IMG/VR virus record: IMGVR_UViG_3300042356_002208
Strand: one strand, 5' to 3'
DNA: 64,000 nt
From: an uncultured virus (IMG/VR IMGVR_UViG_3300042356_002208)
Taxonomy: Duplodnaviria > Heunggongvirae > Uroviricota > Caudoviricetes
In this document: piece by piece, positions 56,764-64,000 of the stretch
Layout: each line of letters opens with the position of its first letter
Numbering within the stretch: the stretch's first letter is position 1
Notes under the pieces: generated by a model
Databases searched by the model: none
What the model was told of the DNA's origin: nothing
The model's input: the letters and a program-made list of their open reading frames with translations, nothing else
Position numbers and translations under genes: made by a program

Positions 56764-58461
56764 ATGCCAACAGCAAGACCATTCGCATATAACACAGGAG
56801 CTTCTATTGCAGGAACCGAACAGGTTGGTAACCTGGCTGTCGGATACCCATCATCTGGGTTTGGATCTACTGGGGTTAGCTGGTGGAATGGTCCGGATGA
56901 GGATCTAGGATATGTTATAGCGGCATCAGTTCCCGGGGGGAATCAACCCACACCAGATGGATTGGGAGCATCAGTTGGATTTTGGAGAAGCGGATCATTA
57001 ACGGAGCAATCTTTTGTTGATCTAACAAACAGTATATTTGGCCAATCTTTTTCGGACGGATCTTCCGCAAAGACATATTTAAATAATAATGGATATTGGA
57101 CTTCTTTCCCCCTAATTACACCTTTACTTGATCTATACCCAAATGCAGCATTAGCTTATTCGTTGCGTAAACTCAGAACAGCTTACTCTGGAAGTGCCAT
57201 AAGGGTAAGAAGATCGTTGGATGACGCTGAACAAGATATAGGATTTTCTTCCAATGATCTGGACACGGTAGGTTTACTCGATTTCATAGGTTATAATATA
57301 ACAACATATTCGGAAGATATAAGTCAGACGTCCACCTACTCGTATGCCTCTTTAAATGTAACTGGGACTCCTCCCTATTTAAATGTTATAACAGCTCCAG
57401 ACAATACCCTATCCGGTGATAAACTTATCGAAGGTACATCAGATGCAACCCATATATTGAACAAAACTGGAGGAGTTACTGCTGTAATTGGAGCGGATTA
57501 TAATTTATCTCTATATCTAAAACAAGGAGAAAGAACAAGCGTAAGATTTGAATCACTCCTACCCGGAACTACACAAGCTTGCGTCATAAATTTAATAGAT
57601 GGAACTATATCGGGTAGCAATTTTACGAATTCGCCCGTAATATCAGCAGAATCTAACGGGTGGTATAGATTTTCAGTTAAAATTACTGCTGGGCAAACTT
57701 CTACTTCAAATTGTTTTAGAATTTATTTAAGAGCTGCGAATGGAGAGTTAGCCTATGCGGGGGACGGTACTTCTGGTGCTTATGTTTGGGGCTTTCAATT
57801 AAGTAAAACAGCAGATCTTAGGGCATATCAAAAAACGTTAGCTTCAGCAGGTGGTGGTTTTGTAACAACCTGGTATGACCAAAGTACAAACTCGAATAAT
57901 TCAACACAAGCAGCAACAGCAGATCAAGCTCAAATTGTTTCAGGTGGTTCAATTATAACAGACCCAAATACAGGTAAAATAACCACTACTTGGGTAAATG
58001 ATAGTTATTCATTAGCATCTGGGATAAGTCCAAATACACGATATTTATCGGTAGGTGTTGTCAATAGAACTTCGAATACTATTAATATCGGTTCAATTGG
58101 TAATAGTACTATTGGCGGCATACAGGGTCAGCAACCTTTATATTGGCAAGCTACAACGGGAAGATTGAGGAGCGACATGAGTTCTCTGGTAAGCCATGGG
58201 TTCGATGTTAATGTAGGTGCGTTTATAATTACTTCGGAAAAAAATTCAAGTGATTTAAAAACTGCTTATGTTAACGGTAGCGCTTCGGCTACGACAGCCA
58301 CCCAAATTCCAGCAACTGGTGCTAATTTTATTTACTTTGGCCGAACCGGATCGGGCACAACTTCGGGTAGATATGCTGAATACATATATTGGGATTCTGA
58401 TCAGAGTGCAAATAGAACAGGAATAGAATCAAACATAAATACTTACTGGGATGTTTATTGA
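56764..58461 (+). CDS. Putative virion structural/fibre protein with carbohydrate-binding-like beta domains
   Basis: Gly/Ser/Thr-rich; AYSLRKL...Y.GSAIRVRRS, NGWYR, VTTWYDQS. Confidence 0.65.
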   Translation: MPTARPFAYNTGASIAGTEQVGNLAVGYPSSGFGSTGVSWWNGPDEDLGYVIAASVPGGNQPTPDGLGASVGFWRSGSLTEQSFVDLTNSIFGQSFSDGSSAKTYLNNNGYWTSFPLITPLLDLYPNAALAYSLRKLRTAYSGSAIRVRRSLDDAEQDIGFSSNDLDTVGLLDFIGYNITTYSEDISQTSTYSYASLNVTGTPPYLNVITAPDNTLSGDKLIEGTSDATHILNKTGGVTAVIGADYNLSLYLKQGERTSVRFESLLPGTTQACVINLIDGTISGSNFTNSPVISAESNGWYRFSVKITAGQTSTSNCFRIYLRAANGELAYAGDGTSGAYVWGFQLSKTADLRAYQKTLASAGGGFVTTWYDQSTNSNNSTQAATADQAQIVSGGSIITDPNTGKITTTWVNDSYSLASGISPNTRYLSVGVVNRTSNTINIGSIGNSTIGGIQGQQPLYWQATTGRLRSDMSSLVSHGFDVNVGAFIITSEKNSSDLKTAYVNGSASATTATQIPATGANFIYFGRTGSGTTSGRYAEYIYWDSDQSANRTGIESNINTYWDVY

Positions 58462-58681
58462 TGGATATAAATATACAACTGAACAAGAGGCTATAGATGC
58501 AAGGAAATCGTGTGCTGATTACTACGGACTTCCTAAAACAGCTGAAGACGTAACTAAATATTACGTCGACTACAAGGAAGCAAGTTTGGATAATCCAGTG
58601 TTTTGGTATATCGAATATTACGAGGGGACAGAGCCCATCCTCGGGGAACCCTACCAATTTGAGGTTTCTGCTGAGGAATAG
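58451..58681 (+). CDS. Small protein coupled to the fibre-like gene
   Basis: Overlaps upstream stop. Confidence 0.6.
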   Translation: MFIDGYKYTTEQEAIDARKSCADYYGLPKTAEDVTKYYVDYKEASLDNPVFWYIEYYEGTEPILGEPYQFEVSAEE

Positions 58682-58782
58682 AAAAATTTATGGATACACG
58701 GTAAATATAATTGGAATGAAATATATTAATATTTTTTATCCATCGTAATGATTTAATAAATTGCAAAAAATTAATTTTATAT

Positions 58783-59877
58783 ATGAAAAATATAAAGGGG
58801 TTCAAGGAGTTTAATTCTGGTTATATCTACGAGAATTCAAATCTATCTGATATAGAAAAAGAACATTGGCCTTCTAACTGGAAAGAAATGGGAATATGGA
58901 AGTCTTTAGAGGATATCGGATTTGTAGAAGTCACAACCCCACTTCAAGCCAAGAACTCTACCATCATGTTAAAAACCAATAATCCATCAATTTCTTATAT
59001 GTACCCAGACGGAATCGTTTTACAGAAATCCGGTTATATAAGAGATAAAGCGGCAACCTCTGGATTTATTAAAAGATACCAGAGTGATTTCACCCTGTAT
59101 GATATGCTTCTTAATCTACTTGATAGATTTTCCGGAGAAATAAAAAGGAATGAGCCAAATGAAAATACTGGTCCTTTGACGGCTAATCAGATTATCGAGA
59201 TAAACAAGGGGACTAAATCTAAATGGAAATGGAATAGAGTAAGTCAAGCAGTGGATATTTCGGGAACATTCTCACAGGATCCTCAAACATCTGATCCAGA
59301 TATACTAGCATCTATAAATTTTGGTACAGTGAAGGGTAAATTTGTGATCATTCGGTTGAATGATCTGGAGTCATTGGAATTTCTCCCCGAAAAAGTTGGC
59401 GGAGAAATGCTACTATACTCTCTGGGAGGAATCAAAGATCTAATGACATTTCCTACTATAGAGGTTTCGGAACCTCTTAGAATTTTATCGGTAAACCATG
59501 AAAGAAGAACCATGTCAGAATCACCTGCATTAAATTCTCTAGCTGGATATTTCGATAGGGAAAGAAAAATAGTTGCTTTCCAGTGTGATTACTTTTACGC
59601 TTCTCCTTTCGATATAGAGGTACTTCCTATGATAATGGATAAGGGTCCTGGCTCATATATAGACCATCACTATCAAATTTCGCATTATATGGCATTTAGT
59701 AAGGATGATGATAAATTTAAGGAATTTATTGCAACGGCTTTGCCAGATAGTCATTTCCAAAAAAATCCGTTGGACCTACAGTACCTTAAAAATCATCCAG
59801 ATATTAAGGATGGTATATTGAAAAGAACAGGTATGAGGGATTTTTCGGATTTAGGATTCGCATTAAAACAAATCTAG
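58783..59877 (+). CDS. Tagged protein with a 9007-like domain and a diverged LRR N-cap-like region
   Basis: MKNIKGFKEF; WKWN..S..VDISG.F..INFG.VKG.F..LESLE..PEKVGG. Confidence 0.7.
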   Translation: MKNIKGFKEFNSGYIYENSNLSDIEKEHWPSNWKEMGIWKSLEDIGFVEVTTPLQAKNSTIMLKTNNPSISYMYPDGIVLQKSGYIRDKAATSGFIKRYQSDFTLYDMLLNLLDRFSGEIKRNEPNENTGPLTANQIIEINKGTKSKWKWNRVSQAVDISGTFSQDPQTSDPDILASINFGTVKGKFVIIRLNDLESLEFLPEKVGGEMLLYSLGGIKDLMTFPTIEVSEPLRILSVNHERRTMSESPALNSLAGYFDRERKIVAFQCDYFYASPFDIEVLPMIMDKGPGSYIDHHYQISHYMAFSKDDDKFKEFIATALPDSHFQKNPLDLQYLKNHPDIKDGILKRTGMRDFSDLGFALKQI

Positions 59878-59913
59878 GGTTGAATATATAGGGTAAATAT
59901 AAATCCAATCAAA

Positions 59914-60570
59914 ATGAAATATATTAATCTTTTTGAAGCTTTTACTCAACAAGCCGAGCAATCTGCTGTAAATTATCTGGAAACTAATAAGTTAATGAAG
60001 GGAACTTCTGTTCGTAAAGCAGTGGAAGCAAAGTCTAGAGGAATGCTTAAACCTCAAACTGATGTCCTAACTAGATACACTAAGGATATTAAGGATTTAA
60101 TCACCTCAGATTTAACAGGTAAGGTTTACAAGGTTCCTGGATATGGTGTGATAAAGCCGGCATCATTTAAATTTGGAAATTACGAGGACATTTACTGGGG
60201 ATGTGTAGGAGAAAAAAGTGGAGCAGGTCTAGTTGTTGAAGCAACAAGAACCGAAAAATCTAAGGTAGATGCAGGGTTTCCTAAATGCTCATTCTTTATT
60301 GACGTATTTTATGATATCGAGAATCTTAGATTTAATTTCTATAACCCATTCATAGATAAATCACCGGAGGACGTCAGAAATATGATAAAATTAGGCCCGG
60401 AAAACTTTGGTGGATATTCTTTCCTTTACAAGAAGGTTGGTAACGAAATAGATTTTGAGAATTCACCAACAAGATACACTATGCAGCAATTGGGAGAGAC
60501 TGACCCTAAATGGTTAATCCTATTCGGTAAACTTGCTGATATAGCAGCGAAATATTCAACTAAAAAATAA
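59914..60570 (+). CDS. Hypothetical protein with N-terminal tag
   Basis: MKYINLFEAF. Confidence 0.75.
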   Translation: MKYINLFEAFTQQAEQSAVNYLETNKLMKGTSVRKAVEAKSRGMLKPQTDVLTRYTKDIKDLITSDLTGKVYKVPGYGVIKPASFKFGNYEDIYWGCVGEKSGAGLVVEATRTEKSKVDAGFPKCSFFIDVFYDIENLRFNFYNPFIDKSPEDVRNMIKLGPENFGGYSFLYKKVGNEIDFENSPTRYTMQQLGETDPKWLILFGKLADIAAKYSTKK

Positions 60571-60577
60571 TTAATAA

Positions 60578-61033
60578 ATGGAAAATATAGTACACTTCAG
60601 AAAAATGTTCGAATCTCAGGAAGCTGGGGTAGAAGCAGCTCCACCTATTTTTGGTGAGATCGACTTCACAGTATCCGGTGTTTCGGATGAGGCTATGAAG
60701 CTTATCGCTGGTTTAATGGCTAAATCAGTTTTAGTATCGGGTGAGGCTGAGAGAATTGCAAAAATGGCGGATACCAATCCCGCAAGTGCAGCATCTTATC
60801 TTCAGCAAAGAATTGAAGGCATTCTAAATGATGTTCCCGGTATAGATCCTGGATTTATCAATCAGATAAAATCACAGGCACCTAAGCTTGCTAAATCTAT
60901 GGTTGAGGCTATACCTACTGTTCTTGGTAGCATCTCCCAAACTGATATAGATACCTCTAAAGAACTTAGACCAGATCCCTCGAAGGTTTCTTTCTTTTCT
61001 AAATTAGGAGGTCTATTTAATCAAGCACAATAA
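60578..61033 (+). CDS. Hypothetical protein with N-terminal tag
   Basis: MENIVHFRKMFE; terminator 61051-61079. Confidence 0.75.
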   Translation: MENIVHFRKMFESQEAGVEAAPPIFGEIDFTVSGVSDEAMKLIAGLMAKSVLVSGEAERIAKMADTNPASAASYLQQRIEGILNDVPGIDPGFINQIKSQAPKLAKSMVEAIPTVLGSISQTDIDTSKELRPDPSKVSFFSKLGGLFNQAQ

Positions 61034-61166
61034 GACTATCAAAATAAATAATAAAAGGAGCTTTTTAGCTCCTTTTTTTGTGTTATAAGACATTATTTAG
61101 ATAAATCTATCGGATAACTTAGCTTCTCTAATAAAGCTCTTTAAAGTGCTTTAAAATTAATAAATA

Positions 61167-61982
61167 CTAAGCCTCGTCGGAGTCTCTCGCTCCCTTGATA
61201 TTAAATAGAGCCAAGTTAGTAACCTCTCTAGGACCAAAGGGTAAAACTAGATCCCTCATCTGTCTTTTAGTTGTTCCGTCTGTAACAAAGTCATCAACGA
61301 TTAAGACTCTTTTACCTCTGACATCCTCTTGAGCTATCGGGCTTATATCCATGAATCTGGCTACAAATTTTCTATGTGGCGGATATTGTAAATGATCGGA
61401 TAATCTAAAGGGCTCAGTTCTTCCCCTTACTTTTTCTATAATCCTCAGTACTTGATTTCTCGTGTCCTGAGAGTTTACCCTATTCAATTTATCCATATCC
61501 CACTCTACCTCGTTACAGTTTCTTTTACTAAAAGCTCTGCTTATTACATTTGGCTTCCATTCCTTTTTATGTGATGAATATGATGGAGCTATGTCTAAAA
61601 GAGCATCAACCATTTCAACCAATAACCTAGATCTGCTATCCGGTATAAGAACAACATCATAATTCTCCAGCTCCATTTTACTAGGGAGCAAAGAAATCCC
61701 ATAATCAACCAATTCAGCAACATCTTTTCTTGTTATTCCTCCTGAGATGTATTTGATATTTTCTAAAAGGGTTCCGTCATTCGGGAATGTAAACATGGTT
61801 CTACTAGAATACGGTATTCCGTCCATCGTTCCTTTCTTATAGACTTTTCTATTGGGTTCTATGCCCTTTCCTTTCCATACCCCAATGTCCAGAGGATTTA
61901 GTCTTCTCGTAGACCACGCTAGAGTGATATCCGATGTCTGTCTGGTTTTTTGAAAATATTCAAATAATTTAATGTATCTCAC
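61167..61982 (-). CDS. Phosphoribosyltransferase-fold protein with N-terminal tag
   Basis: VLIPDS, GKRVLIVDDFVTDGTT PRPP-binding loop. Confidence 0.75.
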   Translation of the reverse strand: MRYIKLFEYFQKTRQTSDITLAWSTRRLNPLDIGVWKGKGIEPNRKVYKKGTMDGIPYSSRTMFTFPNDGTLLENIKYISGGITRKDVAELVDYGISLLPSKMELENYDVVLIPDSRSRLLVEMVDALLDIAPSYSSHKKEWKPNVISRAFSKRNCNEVEWDMDKLNRVNSQDTRNQVLRIIEKVRGRTEPFRLSDHLQYPPHRKFVARFMDISPIAQEDVRGKRVLIVDDFVTDGTTKRQMRDLVLPFGPREVTNLALFNIKGARDSDEA

Positions 61983-62797
61983 TGTTCAAATTTTATTTTA
62001 GCCTCTTTTGCAATTTGCTCTATCGACTTTTGATTTCCTTTACTGTCTCTTGTGTTAATAATCACGTCATATTCACCCTGAGGCTGTGGTTTAGGGTAAA
62101 TCCAATATTCTCTATTCTCATCCGATATACCGAGATCCGTTAGAAATACTTCTACCCATTCTTCTTTCGGTAGTAAAGATCTTATCTCATCGGCAGTCCA
62201 TGACTTATCTGGGTCAACACCACCTCGAATAGGTTTTGCATAATACTTAAAACAGTAGGAATTCTTAAGAACACCATCCAAAGGTCTGTCTCCCCTTCTC
62301 TGAACATTCTTAATAGTGTGATCTATGGGAGCATGAATAAGTAACCATTTTGGTTTATCCGCCTTATTAAACATATCGATCACCCTCCCCTCAACATCAT
62401 CATATATCACCTTATTCTTATCGTGTGGCTTACCGAATAGATTTCCCGAAGCATCTTTTAGACCTGTTTCAAAAATCTTACCATACATAGCTTCTTGTGC
62501 CATATACCATCTAGCAGCCTTATCGTAATTAGGATAATCCTCTGGACTAGTATACTTATATGGACATCCTGGATAGATCTCTGAAATAGTTGGCTTTCCC
62601 CTATTACCAAAATCTTCCATTCCCAATTCTTCAAACATAACATTGTAAAAAGAGTCTACCGCTAATACACACCAAGATGAATCTAGATTAACCAAAGCTG
62701 AGCTTTTACCTGCGGAAGATGCACCATCCAATATAAAATGCTTTAGCTTATTGCCATCTCCAGGAGAGAAATATTCAAATAGCTTAATGTACCTCAT
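61979..62797 (-). CDS. P-loop kinase (chloramphenicol-phosphotransferase-like) with N-terminal tag
   Basis: ILDGASSAGKSS, VDSF, YDVIINT. Confidence 0.7.
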   Translation of the reverse strand: MRYIKLFEYFSPGDGNKLKHFILDGASSAGKSSALVNLDSSWCVLAVDSFYNVMFEELGMEDFGNRGKPTISEIYPGCPYKYTSPEDYPNYDKAARWYMAQEAMYGKIFETGLKDASGNLFGKPHDKNKVIYDDVEGRVIDMFNKADKPKWLLIHAPIDHTIKNVQRRGDRPLDGVLKNSYCFKYYAKPIRGGVDPDKSWTADEIRSLLPKEEWVEVFLTDLGISDENREYWIYPKPQPQGEYDVIINTRDSKGNQKSIEQIAKEAKIKFEQ

Positions 62798-63269
62798 CTT
62801 CCTTTTTTTTCAAACTATATATCGTCTCTATCCAATTAGGGAATTCCTCGTAGATGTTTTCTGGACTAAGAACATACCCTAACTTTTCATAATCCTCTGG
62901 CTTACCAACTCTAAAAGATTGTTTGGAGTTATCGGAGAATTGCTTATATGTAAAATCTATAACCCATCCTTCCAAATAAGGAGCTATATGAGCCTCCTTG
63001 TTCTTCTTTGTTTCGTCGAAGTAGATAAGTTTAATCGGCAGTCTCTGATTCTCACACCACTCGAAGAACTTCTTGGAGTACCATGCACAGTTCCCTATCT
63101 TTGGATCGAATTTCTCTCCCTTTCTAAGATCATAATCCTTTCCCAAATCTCTGAGAAATGCCTCAGCTAATTTTTCAAAATCCTCCTTGAAATTAGGAAC
63201 GTTGAATACCATAGCACTATAGTCGGCATTAGTTGCTGTGTATGATTCGAATAGCTGGATATACCTCAT
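62784..63269 (-). CDS. Papain/transglutaminase-like fold protein with N-terminal tag
   Basis: GNCAWYS..AHIAP..VIDFT (Cys-His-Asp order); start MRYIQLFE. Confidence 0.5.
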   Translation of the reverse strand: MRYIQLFESYTATNADYSAMVFNVPNFKEDFEKLAEAFLRDLGKDYDLRKGEKFDPKIGNCAWYSKKFFEWCENQRLPIKLIYFDETKKNKEAHIAPYLEGWVIDFTYKQFSDNSKQSFRVGKPEDYEKLGYVLSPENIYEEFPNWIETIYSLKKKEDEVH

Positions 63270-63337
63270 GAATCTATATATCACAAAAAATCCCTGCCTA
63301 TTAGAGACAGGGATTTTATTTCGGTATAAGAGTTTAA

Positions 63338-63775
63338 TTACTCCAGTGTGATGACAATTTTAGCTCCGGTTACCTTAGCTAACTTCTTAAGATCCATTAG
63401 ACCTTGAACTGCGTTAGCATATACAGTGGTCTGTGGTGCTGGATTTGCCTTAGGGAGACTCATCTTAGTTTCATTTTTCTGAGTTTCCATTTTAGGAGTT
63501 TCGATTTTTAATTTCTTTTTACCTCCTCGCATCTTGGTGCTAACTGTAGTCGGAGCAACGATTCCCTTCCCTTTAGAGGAAGCCAATCTTCTATCAATGC
63601 CCATGGAGCTTTTTCTGCACCATATAGAAGCTTTAGTTCTTCCTAAGATCTTAGCGATCTCTACGGTTGAAGCACCCTTTGCAGCCAAAGACTGTAGGAT
63701 GTTTAGATCATCTTTTGTCCACGCCTTATTGTTAGAAGGAGCGGCTGTGTTAACTGGTTTTTTTTCGTAAGCCAT
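63338..63775 (-). CDS. HTH DNA-binding protein (GcrA/Myb-like N-terminus)
   Basis: WTKDDLNILQSL..GAS..EIAKILGRTKASI. Confidence 0.65.
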   Translation of the reverse strand: MAYEKKPVNTAAPSNNKAWTKDDLNILQSLAAKGASTVEIAKILGRTKASIWCRKSSMGIDRRLASSKGKGIVAPTTVSTKMRGGKKKLKIETPKMETQKNETKMSLPKANPAPQTTVYANAVQGLMDLKKLAKVTGAKIVITLE

Positions 63776-63844
63776 AAATAATGTTTTTTAAATTATACTC
63801 AAATATATTAAAGGATTACGGGGGAAAAAAATAATTTGAAAAAT

Positions 63845-64000
63845 TTATTTTGATAAATCAGCGATAAGATCGTTGATTCTATTTTTCCCCTTCTCACCGA
63901 TAGGTATCGGATGTCCCTCCTCATCTATATGAACAAATTTAATGTGTGTTCTAAGAACTAATATTTGCTTACCAGTATAAACATTATGAGCTCTAGCCTC
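63845..64000 (-). CDS. Acyl-CoA thioesterase (hot-dog fold), C-terminal part
   Basis: Manual: EARAHNVYTGKQILVLRTHIKFVHIDEEGHPIPI. Confidence 0.6.
   Translation of the reverse strand, partial: EARAHNVYTGKQILVLRTHIKFVHIDEEGHPIPIGEKGKNRINDLIADLSK

Noticed and set aside
1..64000. Stop-codon reassignment as seen in some Bacteroidota jumbo phages
   Set aside because: Genes are intact and tightly packed under the standard code; TAA, TAG and TGA all end genes, and LRR paralogues end at the same position with TAA or TAG
1..64000. Complete DGR, integrase, transposase or tRNA genes
   Set aside because: No RT motif, non-coding template copy, recognisable recombinase or cloverleaf found by eye in this window

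Overview
64 kb of an AT-rich, gene-dense large (jumbo-type) bacteriophage genome, most likely infecting a Bacteroidota host. The host call rests on a phage sigma factor resembling the Bacteroidota primary sigma, TAnnTTT(G/A) -7 boxes, and A-rich leaders without Shine-Dalgarno. Layout: 1-16.4 kb carries sugar-modification genes, the sigma factor and late genes. 16.7-45.4 kb is a leftward-transcribed early/host-takeover-like region of small genes, most with their own conserved promoter and terminator, punctuated by two families of palindromic sites and bounded by GC-rich non-coding blocks. 46.5-64 kb carries late genes. Main observations: (1) nine 21-aa leucine-rich-repeat genes (6 in tandem at 46.5-51.4 kb, 2 in inverted orientation at 11.1-12.6 kb, 1 diverged) have a near-invariant scaffold, hypervariable predicted binding-face codons with a DGR-like NNT/NNC/NNG pattern, and sequence patches shared between the clusters; (2) about 35 unrelated proteins share an N-terminal tag resembling the T4 capsid-targeting sequence and mostly sit behind an (G/A)ATATATA motif, suggesting a packaged, injected effector set; (3) terminator-palindrome-promoter modules give the early genes a cassette-like organisation; (4) sequences antisense to the early mRNA leader recur next to terminators, including one ORF-less unit; (5) there is a structured ncRNA candidate at 55.9-56.1 kb. 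No tRNA, rRNA, CRISPR array, reverse transcriptase or recombinase was recognised. All family assignments come from motif recognition by eye, not database searches.
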